Made by a program: the position numbers and the translations under genes. This document shows positions 24,050 to 37,388 of a stretch of 64,000 bases of DNA, in pieces; position 1 is the stretch's first letter, and each line of letters starts with the position of its first letter. The stretch is from Callorhinchus milii. Lineage: Eukaryota. A model generated the notes under the pieces. That model was not told where the DNA came from, searched no databases, and saw only the letters and a list, made by a program, of their open reading frames with translations. The DNA lies in contig NW_024704742.1 in NCBI RefSeq assembly GCF_018977255.1, forward strand, positions 14,386,001-14,450,000. Direction: 5' to 3'.

Positions 24050-24590
24050 GTAATTATGTATTTTTTTCCTTCCAATTCCAAGTCAACATGTGCAATTTCT
24101 TCTGTCCAGTGCACCACACATGGTAGAACCTTATGATCAGCAGATATAAAATGTTTACCTTGTGCTTTTAATCTTATGAAATTAATATAATTTAGAATTT
24201 GTTTTATGACATTTGGAATTGTGATTTCTATCAAAAACAGTTGATGAAACATATCCAATGGCAAACATCAATCAAAAGTTTATTACACTAAATTGGGTAG
24301 TTGAGTAATCTTTCTTAACCACAATTTCGTAATGAACAGAATCAGTATTTGCATCTTTTTGATGTTAATAACAGGATGTTGCAAACAGCAACTCCTGATG
24401 ATAATTTTTAAAAATTGTTGTATAAATATTACACCGACTTATGGGAACTCTGCTTCAATGTAATCTACTTCCAGTTGGAATGGTTCAATTTCACAGCAGT
24501 ACTAATAGTCTTCAGCGGAGTTAAGTGGATTGTGTTTGATTTGGTGTGGATTACATATCCACCAGTTTTTTCTTTCTTCCAGATATCAAC

Positions 24591-24898
24591 ATAATAATAA
24601 TAATCCTTGCATTTGATATAGCGCTTTTCACGTCGGGAGGACATCCCAAAGCGCTTCACAGAACACACTGTAAAGTGAATTGACTGTATATTTGTGGGCG
24701 AACGCGGCAGCCAATTGCGCACAGCAATGTCCCACAAACAGTCGTAGATTGAAAATGACCAATTTATTATTGTTTTTGGTTTTGGAGGGATTATTATTAG
24801 GCTCTGTGTGGAGTAAGGAAACTTGCCCAAGGTTTCGCCCTGTCTGGAATTGAACTCAGGTCTCTCACTTGCAAAGCGAGTGCTCTAACCACTGAGCT
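24591..24898 (-). mobile_element. tRNA-derived SINE, short form, young
   Basis: Near-identical reverse complement of 58480-58815. Possible TSD atatcaacata/atataaacata. Confidence 0.92.
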
Positions 24899-25084
24899 AA
24901 ATATAAACATAGTTTATATATAGCTAACTGCATTGTGATTTAATGGAAATAGTCAGCTGAGCCTGCATACTTTTGCTGTAGAAATATGTAAGAGTTAACT
25001 TAATGAAGCTTATTTTAATTGTGTTCCCAAGTGTTGACTCTCCTCAGCTTCTGAATTCATGTGAGTGTTTTATTTTGTTGACAG

Positions 25085-25162
25085 GATGAAGTGGTGGAAG
25101 AAGAAGAAGTGAATATGGCTTATAATGAGGAAATTTACAAGGATTCCAGCACATTTTTAAAG
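25085..25162 (+). CDS. METTL14: METTL14 exon 4 (DEVVEEEEVNMAYNEEIYKDSSTFLK)
   Basis: Acceptor gacag|GAT; donor AAG|gtgaat; conserved YKDSSTFLK. Confidence 0.95.
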
Positions 25163-27004
25163 GTGAATAACTCAATCAGATTGGAATCTTTTCTATTGCA
25201 CGAGACCACTGGTAACCTGCACTGTATGCATCTTGCACTGTTAATTGATGTTAAATGACTTTTTGAATTATTTCCTTTGTTCATATTCTGATTAGAAATG
25301 GTATAATAATTGGAAATTATTGTACAAAGATTTTAAATGTACTTGTAAAGGTAACCATGGAGATAAACCACCATGGTTACCATTTAAATACTGTTTATGC
25401 TGAGCAAATTGTAAATATATGTTCTTATCTGCAGCTTGACTTGCTTCACAGGCAGTATCTGGCATGTTTGCCTCACCTTTGCATTTACCCTCCAGCTTAC
25501 TGCAGAGAGGCAGATCCAGTGAGATTGGAGAATCAATTCTGCAATTATTTTAAGAACTTATCCACATAAATAATTAGGTTAATGTCTTTTGTGACATTTA
25601 TGTAAAGGTACAATCCATATTTTACGTCATGTTTATAAATGGTAAAATACTGAGTTAATGTTTAAAGTAGCAGTCAATGATTATGGGGCTTAGTTCTGAG
25701 CTCCAATAAATTCATGTAATGTTTTATAAAAATGAACTGTTAGCAGAATTAACTCAATCCTTCTTTGTGAGTGTTACTCAAATGCTTATTGAGTATTTAA
25801 GTGTCACCTCCATGCTACAAAATTTGAAGAGGCATAAAACATTTTCCAAGCTCAACAAAAGAGTCTAAACCCTTGATTCAACTCTATTCTGAGTACAAAG
25901 ATATCCAAAACTGAACTGTATCTCTTATAAGGATGGCATGGAAAAATCAAACCATTCATGGTTCAAGCCCTTCAATTTCACTTAGCAAGGCCAAACCCAC
26001 TACAGATAACATTGAATAGACAGTAAACTTACTACAACAATCAGCCATATTATTAAGACCGTTGCTCAGGAGGTTGACCCTAAAGAAGGATCAACATTCT
26101 GAGCAACAAGTTGAGATTTCATGATTTTCCATATGAAGTACAAAAGAAACTTTGGTAAGGAGGTTGAATCGTTTTTAAATAGCTATGAACAGCACCAACA
26201 AATTGAATGCTATTCCGGATATGATATGTAAAAGCAAACCTTAGAGCCGATTTTAAGGCGTCTGATGAAGGGAATCAGTATTCCTTTTGTGTTATGTGAG
26301 GATTTACCCCAGAAGTTAGCCCAAGGCTAGGTTAGCAACAGGAGATAAGCATAGGGAATCCTTCTTCCTTATAGTAATGTCATCTTACTTGCAGCCTTGT
26401 GTTTAGTAACATGAAATCTACATGGGCATTTGATCCAATAGCCCTTAAGCAGGTGGGATTTTGTCGAGTCCTATGAGAGAAACTGCAAGCCGGAAATACA
26501 CTGCAAGAGCAAGTTGTGTTCTACATTTCATGACATTTTTCCTTAATTTCATGGAATTATAAATTAACATTTTGGCATTTGAATCTAGTTCAAAATAACA
26601 ACGTAAGAACGATTTTGGAATATGCAATTTATATGATCCTAACATGATGCATATGAAACTGCTAACTGTTCCCCCTTTTTGGCATCTATTTTTATTATAT
26701 TTTGCTAGAAACTATCAACCTTTTGAAATGGATGTGAATTGTGCTGTATTTTAGGGCAGTCGTTTTATCCCTTTGAAAACAAAACAGTAGATTTTTCAAT
26801 TGTTCCAATTCTGCATATGGTTGTTGGGTGTTGCATTGTTTGAGGTTAAAATTGATTCATGTGCTTTCCTTGAGCAATCAGAAACTAACCTCCAGCTCCA
26901 CAAACCTTGCTGTTCAAACAAAATAAATGTTAGGATGACCATATCTATGATGGAACTCATCATATAATAATGATAACTATTGATTATGAAAAAGTGGTTT
27001 ATCA

Positions 27005-27405
27005 CTACATTGAAACATCTCTAAGCACTTCATAGTACTTTACTATAAAGTGTAATGACTGTATTTTGAGAATAAACAAATAGCTAATTTGTATACTAAT
27101 ATGTATAAATTTGTATTATATACTAATTTGTATACCACATGAACAACCATGAAGTGAATAACCAATTTTATTTAGAGAATTGTTAGTCAGGATACCTGGA
27201 GAAACTCCCCTCTCTTTTCCGATAGAGTCATGGGATCTTTAACCTCCACCTGAATAGGTAGATAAGGCCTTGGTTCAACATCTCATCCATCCCCTTCGAC
27301 AACACAACGCTCTTCAACACTGCACTGAAGTGTCAGCCAAGTTCTGATCTGGGGCTTGAATCTATATTCTTCTGATTGAGGCGACTGAACTACCTACTGA
27401 GCTCG
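27005..27405 (-). mobile_element. Deu-type SINE, near full length, degenerate
   Basis: catgggatctttaacctccacctgaa...ggttcaacatctcatcc is the reverse of the Deu-like core. Confidence 0.7.
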
Positions 27406-27634
27406 GAACAGTGTTAAATGGCTGAATGGTGATTCCTGTTCTGGGGATTGGTACTTGAGGCCGGTAATCTCATTTTTCAATTGTAATTATCACCTATATA
27501 CAAAAGGGCCTATCGTTGATTCTCTTCAAACAAAGTGGTGATGGAATTTTGTGAATTTAAGTGTTAAATGTAAATGTTTTATTGCTAATTTCAGCTGGTT
27601 CAAATTCAGCTGTACCCAAATGCATACTCTGGCC

Positions 27635-27870
27635 TTCCCCAAGCTTTTGCTCTTGCCAACCTGCACCCAATACTTATTTGGATTAGATGTGCAGATTGCA
27701 TCCCTCTATGGGGAGAGAGTGAACCCTTCTTTCCAAATAAAGGCAAATTTTATGCATATGATGGACTCTCAGTAGTTTTTGGATACTAGAAAGCATGGGT
27801 TTCGTCATATAGACATCTGGCTGACCAAAAACATTTATTGCTTGTGTGGTGTACTTGTGGTCTTGATATT
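27635..27870. repeat. Unclassified dispersed repeat, reverse copy of 12490-12730
   Basis: Collinear blocks ccccaag..gctcttgccaac, gggagagag, tttggatac..aagcatg and agacatc..gctgaccaaaa. Confidence 0.65.
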
Positions 27871-28662
27871 CCCTTCTCTGATCAGGAACAGAGTATGTGG
27901 ACAGTACACCTTGTACTTTTAAATCTGTTTTTCAGTCAGTCCAAATCTAGGTTATATTTTGAAATTTACTTCCATCTTCAAAGTAGAGGATGTAAGCAGA
28001 AAAAAGAAGACATGAAATCAAAATTAAGGAAAGATGAGTCGTAAATAAGAGCTCCAATTGGATTAAGTAGAAGAAAGAATAATATTTAAAATTTTAAATC
28101 AGAAATAGGAGAGAGAATGAATGGGCAATGAAAATAGCAAGAGGCAAAATTAATGAGAAGATTGACATTCCTAACATCTATTTTTGACTGAGCTTTAGTT
28201 TGGACTTAAATTATTGAAATAACGTCCTGAAACCAAACTTTTTGATCTGTAATAACATTTCATCCTGAAATATTAGCATTCGTTTTGCTGTCAAGGTGTG
28301 TGAGGTGAAAACTTACAAAATTGAAATTTTGCTGGACTGCTGCAGCCTAAGCGTTATCTTTGCTTTTGTAAATTTTTCCCAGAATCCATCATTATTTGAA
28401 ATTAATATTTCTGATTGAATCCTTGTGTTACTTGTTCGGTATTGCATTCATTTGCACTTTTTATGGGTTCTAATGCTTAGTCTATGAGAATACAGGTATA
28501 AAACAATTTTACAGGATTGCTTTCTCGCCATTTATGGGAATAACTGATTATGTACACTCTTTAAACTAACAGATGTACTCCCTTCAACTACACGCTACTG
28601 AAAATTAAATGCTACATATCTGACGCATTCCATTACCCTTATTTAAACATCACTTTATTTTG

Positions 28663-28892
28663 TGCCTTCGCCTTGCTTCCTCCCTTTCCTCCTTCAAGGC
28701 CGGTCTCAAGACCTTTCTCTTCGACCGTGCCTTCAGCTCCCCTCTCGACTCTCTACCCCCTTCTCTCTCCCTCCCTTCCCTCCCCTGACCATTTCCCCCC
28801 TGCTCGGGTCCCGACCCAACTGTCCAGCGCCTTGGGACGTCCTCCCGACGTGAAAGGCGCTCTGTAATGAGATCTTGTTGTTGTTGTTGTTT
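28663..28892 (+). mobile_element. Young L2 3' end
   Basis: Highly similar to the reverse complement of 50878-51105. Ends gcgccttgggacgtcctcccgacgtgaaaggcgc...(TTG)n. Confidence 0.9.
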
Positions 28893-29104
28893 GCTTTCTC
28901 AACTATCTGGGAACACTGTAGCAGTAGTTTCAGTGGTCTGTTTACCAAACCCCACATTTACCAAATTTCCCTCAGCACATATTCCACACTCTCATTTCTA
29001 TGCTAAATCTTATAACTAGGGTCGTCAGTGGTAAGTTGCACCTACCACCATTCTGCCCACACACACCCTCCACAACTCGCTGCCTCACTTGGCTGGCTCC
29101 GGCT

Positions 29105-29335
29105 TCCTGTTTGTCTATCACCTCTCTCCACCATTGGTGGCTGTGCTTTCAGTGACTACGCCCTGAAATTTTGGAATTCAATCCGTTCGCCTTGCCCCCT
29201 CCTTCCCCTTTTTCAGATCACACCTGAAGACGTTCCTTGTCAATTGTGCTTATGGTCGGATTCCGCCACTCTATTAAGCGCTCTCACGCTACCATGCGTG
29301 AAAGGCGCTACATAGATACAAGTTGTTATTGTTAT
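29105..29335 (+). mobile_element. Older L2 3' fragment
   Basis: ccaccattggtggctgtgctttcag...cgtgaaaggcgctacatagatacaagttgtt. Confidence 0.7.
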
Positions 29336-29442
29336 TTGCATTCTTACTGAAATCCCAGATTAACATATCGATTAACATATGGTACATATCAGGTTTATTT
29401 TACTAACTATCTGGAGTAACCTGTATATATCTTTTATTCCAG

Positions 29443-29530
29443 GGAACACAAAGCCTTAACCCACACAATGACTACTGCCAACATTTTGTGGATACTGGTC
29501 ATCGTCCCCAAAACTTCATTCGGGATGTAG
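29443..29530 (+). CDS. METTL14: METTL14 exon 5 ([29 protein letters not shown])
   Basis: Branch point TACTAAC at 29401; acceptor ttccag|GGA; donor G|gtaagt. Confidence 0.97.
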
Positions 29531-30435
29531 GTAAGTTGAAGAAGTAAACAAAGTCTTTGATAAACATCTCTGAATACAACAGATGTTCTTATGGATGAGG
29601 TATATTGTGGGGAAACTACAAAGATAATCTTTGAATTTAAATTATGCTACCAGATTGCTATCAAAGAAAATTCTTCCAAAACATAACTGGAAAATAATCT
29701 GAAACATATTACAGTTCATCAAAATACTTCAGTGATTCTAAACTATCCCACCTGGTTTGAACATATGTGCCTAATCTGGATGAAACCTTTTATATCCAAT
29801 TGTAATATGTTTGAGATGCTTGCATGAAAATCTGTTATTTTGTGTGCAGTAATGTTTCCCAATTTGTGACAAAAAAAGCTGTACTAGTTTGTCTATTTGT
29901 CAAACAAGCCAGCTGAGTGCTGTGGAAACGTAATGGGAAAATGAACAGGTCTGCAGCAGATTGTGATGGACAGGTTATCTCCATAGACCTCAGTGGAATG
30001 CTTGAATAATAAAATGACAGTAGTTGCAAACAGACTTCTGCATAGGACTCTGATTCACTCTTTATTTGGGATAGTGGATGCAGCACGAAACCATACAGAG
30101 CAGAACTTTGCATTTTAGATTCATAATCTGTACAGAATTCCCTTTCCTTGGTTAAGAAGGTAAAATCACACAGGGTTTCTGAAAGTTGTTCAGTCATCAC
30201 TGCTTTTGTGTGGACATTGAATGAGATCTAACATTCACTATGGTGGCAGTCTACGGTTAGGATTATCAAAGAGTTATCTATTTTCAGATGGATGCCAGGG
30301 TCATTCAAGGAAATGAAAGAGGATGTATTTTTAGGAGGTTCATAAACATAGGAGGAATATTTGAGAACTGCAGGAAAGCAATAGTGTAGATGGCAGAAAT
30401 TCTCACCTCTTTTTGAATAGTATCTTGGGATCTAT

Positions 30436-32320
30436 ACAACAACAGCAAGATTACATTTGTATAGCGTCTTTCATGTCGGGAGGAAGACCCAAGGTGCTGG
30501 ACAGAGTACAGCATTTCAGATCTGAGCTGGGGTTGGGGGGGTAAGGGAGGGGAAGGGGGTGTCCAAGGCATGGTCGAAGAGGAGGGTCTTGAGGCTGGAC
30601 TTGGAAGGAGGCTAAGGAGGGGTGAGGCGGAGTGACTGGGGGATGGAATTCCAGAGGTTGGCAGAGTGGCTGAAGACTCTCGCGCCAATGGTGGGGCGGG
30701 TGGGTTGGGGGACGTGGAGCAGACCAGAGGCGGCTGAGCGGAGGGAATGGGCGGGTTGGTAGGGGGTTAGGAGGTCACAGAGATAGGGTGGGGCGAGGCC
30801 ATGGAGGGTTTTGTATGCGAGGACAAGGATTTTGAACTGGATCCTCTGAAGGATAGGGAACCAATGGAGTCGGGCGAGTGGGGGAGATGGGGTCACGGAG
30901 TTTGGTGCGGGAGAGGACACGGGCTGCAGAGTTCTGGATTATCTGCAGCCTGTAGAGGGAGGAGTTGGGAAGGCCGACAAGCAGGGTGTTTGCATAGTCG
31001 AGCCTGGAGGTGATGAAGGCATGAACAAGAGTTTCAGTGGCCTGAAGAGTGAGGTAGTGTCGGAGTCGGGCGATGTTATGGAGGTGAGGGAAGACAGAGC
31101 GGGTCATGGCTTGAATGTGGGGGAGAAAAGACAGTTGAGGGTCGAACAAGACACCGAGGTTCCTGACTGGCTTGGTGAGTTGTAGTGTGCAACCATGGAG
31201 GTTGATGCAGCCAGAGCCTGAGGTGCGGAGGCGCTGGCGTGAGCCAATCGGGAGGGCCTCAGTCTTCTTCACATTCAACTGTAGGAAATTTGCCCTCATC
31301 CAGGACTTGATGTCCGACAGGAAGTCTGTCTGTCAGGATAGCAGTGGTCCTGGAGTTGAGGGTGGAGGCAGAAAGATAGAGTTGGGTGTCAGCCACATGT
31401 GGAAGTTGACCCCATGTCTGCGGATGATGTCACCAAGGGGGAGCATGTAGATATTAAAGAGGAGAGGGCCAAGGACAGAGCCCTGGGGGACGCCAAACGT
31501 GACAGTGCGGGGGCTGGAGGAGAAACCGTTAGAGGCAACAAAGTGGAGATGGTGAGAGAGATAGGAATCGAACCAGGCAAGGGCAGGTCCGTGAAGACTG
31601 AGTAAAGCGGAGAGGCGGTGTATGAGGATGGAGTGGTCGACAGTGTCGAAGGCGGCAGAGAGGTCGAGGAGGACAAGGAGGCAGAGGGAGCCCTGATCAC
31701 AGATGTTCAGAATGTCATTAGTGATGACGGATTGGAGGGGTTCAAAGGGGGAATGGTGAGCGAGAAAGGAGTGGAGCTGGAACGCGACGACTCGTTCCAG
31801 GACCTTGGAGAGGAATGGGAGGTTAGAGATGGGGCAGTAGCTGGAGAGGAGGGATGGATCCAGGGAAGGTTTTTTCAGGATGGGAGTGATGACAGCTGTT
31901 TTTAGGAAGGTGGAAACTGAACCGGTGAACAGGGAGAGGTTGATGACATCGGACAGGAAGGGGGCAAGAGGGTGGAGCTGGGAAACAAGGAGAGATGGGG
32001 ATGGGATCGAGGGAGCAGGTGGTGGGTTTGAGTTTGCGGGCAGTCGTGATGAGGGAGGAGAGAGCGATAGGGTCAAAGGAGTATAGGGGGATGGGTGGGT
32101 GATGAGGGAGAGGTGCTGTGTTAACGGGGCTGAGGTGGCTGAACGTATCCCCTCAATTTTAGATTCGAAGAAGTCCAGCATTTCCTCACAGTTGGCATTT
32201 GAGGAGAGGATGGGCGAGGTATGGGAAAGTGGGCGGAGGAGACGGTTAGTGGTGGAAAAGAGAAGCCAGGGGTTGTCCTTTGCCTGATGGAGGATTTGGC
32301 GGAGGCAAGAGCGCAGCGAT
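30436..32320 (-). mobile_element. Largest L2-clade LINE fragment (about 1.9 kb, frameshifted RT) in METTL14 intron 5
   Basis: Minus ORFs contain [39 protein letters not shown] and SRLDYAN. The 3' tail is at about 30436-30500. Confidence 0.95.
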
Positions 32321-33196
32321 AGATCTATAGGACCTTTGACAGGTGATATCTTGGTTTAATGTCTTATCTAAAACACAGCAGCTGTTACATTGCAGCGCTT
32401 TCCTAATTTTGCAATTGACTCAGCCTCGACTACGAGCTCAAGTACAGACGTTCTTAAACCCTACAAGCTTCTGAAGTTGGCGCAAGAATATTACCAATTA
32501 AGTAAAGCGACACACAGGTCATATCTCACAAAGTTACCAGACAACTTAGAAAGATAACTAAACTGGTGCCTGAAAGCTATTCAGTGGATGTAATTTACAT
32601 CTAAAAACATTTTGAAGAACACAAGGACTCATGGAAGTTATGACAAATTAGCTAGGTTGATTAAAAATTAGGTAGGTAATCATAATAGAAAAGACTTTTC
32701 TCAGGAACTAGAATGATGAGAGAAATTTAGTGTTATGTTCTCGGTTCCTTATTCATGATTCTCAGAAGTGATTTCAAGGAATGTAGTTGTAATATAGATT
32801 CTGAAATTTATTACTGTCAAACTGCATGACTGGATGTCATAAGGAAGAAAAACTCTTCAGAAAGATTTGTACAATTGAACAGATGATCCAATGAATGACA
32901 AATGGATTTAAATTTAGTTAAGTGTAAGATAAATAGTTAAGTGGATACTAAAGATTCAGCTTTGGGTGAAAATATTTGATATTGTACACTTTCAACCTGA
33001 AACCTTTCATATTTTTGCAGCTTCTGTTGTTAAATGGATAATGAAAATGTAAGGGAAGCTTCAAAAAGAAACCAATCCCATTATAGAAACAATGAATGTG
33101 AAGGTGTGTGTTTTATGTTTTTTCAGAACAACAATAGCCAGCTCTTTGCCAGCCCTGAAATGTACATTTAAACTTAAAATCACTTTTTGTTTACAG

Positions 33197-33287
33197 GCCT
33201 GGCAGACAGATTTGAAGAGTACCCAAAGCTGCGTGAATTGATTCGATTGAAAGATGATCTGATTTCACAAACTAACCCTCCTCCAAT
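33197..33287 (+). CDS. METTL14: METTL14 exon 6 ([30 protein letters not shown])
   Basis: Acceptor ttacag|GC; donor AT|gtacgt. Confidence 0.97.
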
Positions 33288-33848
33288 GTACGTAGTTCAT
33301 TCTGGAGATTTCAAAGTTACATTTCTGGCTGACAGTACAAATGTATCCTGTGTCAGTGAGTGATTACAATAGGAAATACCATAAACTGCCGACATCAGGC
33401 TCTATGCATCGTATCGATCAGAATTTCAGCACATTCGACTGAGATTGCTCCTCAATCAATATATGTAAATATAGTTATGTTATCTATTGTATGTTATGGG
33501 TACTGTCCAAATGCATGTGTAACAATCTTATGGAAAGTAACAATCTTTTTAATGGCCAAGATTTTGTCAATGTATTGACAGCCAGCTAAAAACTGATTTG
33601 TAAATTTTTTTTAGCTGATAGACAAAAATGGGCATTTAGAAGACATTTTTAACTAGCATTAATTGATAGTATGTCCTCTCTTTAATTTTTTTAAAAAACT
33701 CAACAAATCTCTTAAATTTTTTTTTGAAATTTATTTCTAAAATGTAAATTTATTTAAAGAAACTAGTTCTTGATAACTCTTTGATCTCATTTCTAGTCTC
33801 TATGAATACCTCTGGTCTTCGATATTAACTTTATTCTTTTGTAACTAG

Positions 33849-33990
33849 GTATTTACAAGCAGACCTGGAGACATATGATGTTCGAGAGCTGAAATGTAAA
33901 TTTGATGTTATTCTGGTGGAACCACCATTAGAAGAATACTACAGAGAAACTGGAGTAACAGCCAATGAGAAGTGCTGGACATGGGATGAT
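33849..33990 (+). CDS. METTL14: METTL14 exon 7 ([47 protein letters not shown])
   Basis: Acceptor actag|G; donor GAT|gtgagt; EPPL motif. Confidence 0.97.
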
Positions 33991-36323
33991 GTGAGTTCAT
34001 TATAGATTTGCTTTACTTGTTTTACTTCAGTAACCTACCTTTCTAAAACAAATCCATCATTATAAAAAAAATTGTCCTTTATCCTAAAGCACTATTAGAA
34101 ACTTCTAGACCAATCTATAAGCAACAGTAAGATTGTGTTTTGTTTTTAACAAGGTTCTGAGTGAGTTGGTAATGGTCTCATCCCAAGGTCAGAAAGTTGG
34201 GTGTTCAAGTCATGCTCCATGTCAAAACTTAAGCTAGTGAATAGGAAGTTTAACGGAGGTCTCTTTTATAAATGCAAGTTGTCATTGTTATAAACGTGGT
34301 ATGACATCTTGTTTGAATGATCCTTATTTAGATATGTTGATAAATTGCTAAATGGATCACAGCTTGTTATCGTAACATCTTTCAATCAATTAAAATATGA
34401 TCAGTGCCAACTATATTTGGCTATTTTAGCTTGGTCAGGGTTTGGGAGGGAGATATAAAGAAGCAGCAAGCAGATGTTTTCGAAGTATGAGTCTTTCTCA
34501 ATGTGGAGGATATCTTTTTTTGGGGTCAGCCAAAAACCAAGGTTTTATCCACATGGAGAGAGAAAGATTGATTCTCTCTCCAAGTCGAGGAAACTTCTGT
34601 TTGTTTGTAAGAACATAACAGAATAGAAATAAAATGAGATGGGGCTTCATAAAAAGCAAGCAACTGTTTAACTTTGTTAAAAAATTACAATTCTGCCCCA
34701 TTTTCTTGAAATCTATTTCAGTGACCGTCCAACTCACCCAACTTTTAAAGCCTGCCTTGAGACTTATTTTTTTGACAGCAATTTTGGTTGTATTCTTGCC
34801 TCCTCACCCTCACCCATCCAGTTGTGTGCATGTATATAAATTGTAACTTTAAATCTATAAAGGAAGGTTGTTTTCAAATATGTTGCTTTAATCTTTATAT
34901 TCATATCCTTGATCCTCTTCACCTATATCTGCTGTACAACCTTAATATATAGTTGCCCACAAGGTATTACAATGGTCTTCAAGGCAATGGCATTAGCATA
35001 TTAAAATGTATGGTTGGATTAAGAATTCCTTTATCAAGATCCCACTGATATACAAGATCTAAAACTTTTATTTCCTTGTTTTTAAGCCACTTGTATATTT
35101 TACATACATGCATCTGTTAGTGATCAGATGGCAATTTGTACTTTTGCCAAATCTCATGTTCAAAAAGTAAACTTTAATAAGTGATTTATTTAAAACTCAC
35201 TAGAGCAAAACCAAATTAGAGAATAAACCAATTCTATAAGATCAAAACCCCTTAGACAGAGGTAGTTCAAAAGGGAGTATCAACAGGAAGTGACCTAGTT
35301 TGAATTATGAGAAGAAAACACAGATGTGGCAATGCACTCTAATTGGCCATTTATATGCAATTATATATGCTAATTCAATGTGTTTTTTTATGCTGACTTA
35401 ACAAAATTTGCAGTATGACTGCAGTTTTAGGATGGTCATATCCAGTGTTTTCACATCACCTTGGCTTCGTACAGGCTGTCCTATAACTGGAGCTGATTAT
35501 AAGTAAATTTTAAATGTAACATTTTATTCATTATAACTATTCAGATAATGTTATTAGAGTTGGTTGCCCTGCTTGTTTAAACAATTAGCAGCACGATCAA
35601 ATCATAATGCTTGTTAAACAATTAGCAGAATGATTCAAATCATTATAAAAGCTAACCATGGTACAAATCAATATTGGAAGTTTGAAAGACAAAGTAATTG
35701 AAAGAAGGTTAAGTTTATTTACCAAATTTCATGGAGTTCAGAAACAAATAAAGAACAAATGAACAAAATAAGCAGAGATGTAGATAGGTTCAGTTGTTGG
35801 GCTATTATTAACTAATGTTTATTATGGATACATGTAATGGGATGGTTTAGGAATAAAGAGTGGGAATATATGCTGAACAGTAGATACATGTAGCATATAA
35901 ATATACCAACACTATTTTTTGCAGAATGTAAAGAATATTTAGAAAGTTGCCTAGGAAGGCATTGGGGTGCATCTTGTTGACCAGTTTAAGAGGCAATGCC
36001 AGGAGAGTGGGGAGATTGGGATTGAAAGAGTGAACAATAGTATTGATAAAATTAGATTGATGAAACGGACAAAAACTCCTTTCCACTTGAGTACATTATC
36101 TGAAAAACAGTAAAGAAATTTACTTTTTTTAAAAAAAGAATTGAGCCTTAACTATATTCCAGAAAGAATTGCAATATAATATGTAATTCAGAATAGTGAA
36201 GAATAGTTACAAATAATGTTTCTTGTTGCTGTGGTTAGCATATTGGTGTACTAGTAACTAATTGCCCGTGATGAATCTTAACTTGGAAGTGAACCACTTT
36301 TTCAACAATCTGTTTTTCTTCAG

Positions 36324-36416
36324 ATCATGAAGCTGGAAGTTGAAGAAATTGCAGCTCCTAGATCATTTGTTTTCTTGTGGTGTGGCTCAGGGGATGGTCT
36401 TGACCTTGGCAGAGTG
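36324..36416 (+). CDS. METTL14: METTL14 exon 8 ([31 protein letters not shown])
   Basis: Acceptor cttcag|ATC; donor GTG|gtaaga. Confidence 0.97.
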
Positions 36417-37271
36417 GTAAGATGTAATGCAGTGTGAAATGGACAAGGAAAGAGAGTGCACATTTACTCTATTCGTATGATAAGTTCTGTCTGATGTATC
36501 GCTGATTGATTATTTGTCATTGATGCGTTGTTAATCCTGAACTGAGTTCGCTGTTTACTCTTAATTATTTTGTCATTTATAATTTAGATTCAGATAACGG
36601 TACATTTTTATATGTGTGCGACCTGGTAGAAGCTGAACTACATTTTCAAATTTAGAAAAAATCTTTATGGTTTCTGTTGAACCATTTCAGATGCACACAA
36701 TTTGATGTTGGTAAACTGCATTAATGTTGACAGTTGAACCAAAGCCTCCTGATTTTACAGGAATCCCAATGTGGCCTGCAAAAATAACATGCCATTGTTA
36801 TCAATTCATACTATCCAAACATTCAATAGAAATTTCTACATTTTTAATCTCTAGACATAATAATTATTTACCACTCTTGTAGCTCCCCATCTTTACAGGT
36901 TTGCAAATTATTTTAAAATTGAGTTACTTTTTAAGATGGCATTATGAATTTAGTCCTGGTTTTAATAATATTTTGAGTATTCTTCCAGCATGCAGTAGTT
37001 TATGTGGAATTATTTTCAGGATTTTAAAACATTTTTTAAAATAAAATGAAGTTCCAACACTCTCCTATTGAGTGTCATAATTAAGTTCCTGCAATGACTA
37101 TAAATTGTGCTAGACCACACTTAAAAGTTAAAATCTTTTAAAATGAAACTACTGTAGTTCTGATATCATTCTAACCCATAAAAAAAACCTTCAATAACCA
37201 TACGTAGCATCAAGTATCTTAAATTATAGATTTTGTTTAGGTGTAATAGTTTGTGGCTTATTTGAATACAG

Positions 37272-37388
37272 TGCCTACGCAAGTGGGGATTCAGACGTTG
37301 TGAAGATATTTGCTGGATCAAAACTAATAAAAATAATCCTGGGAAAACCAAAACCCTGGATCCAAAGGCTGTCTTCCAGAGAACAAAG
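37272..37388 (+). CDS. METTL14: METTL14 exon 9 ([39 protein letters not shown])
   Basis: Acceptor atacag|TGC; non-canonical donor AAG|gcaagt. Confidence 0.95.

Noticed and set aside
30436..32320. Reverse transcriptase as an active or domesticated gene
   Set aside because: It is 5'-truncated and frameshifted, and the YADD motif is disrupted (HMWLTP). It is a dead L2 copy.
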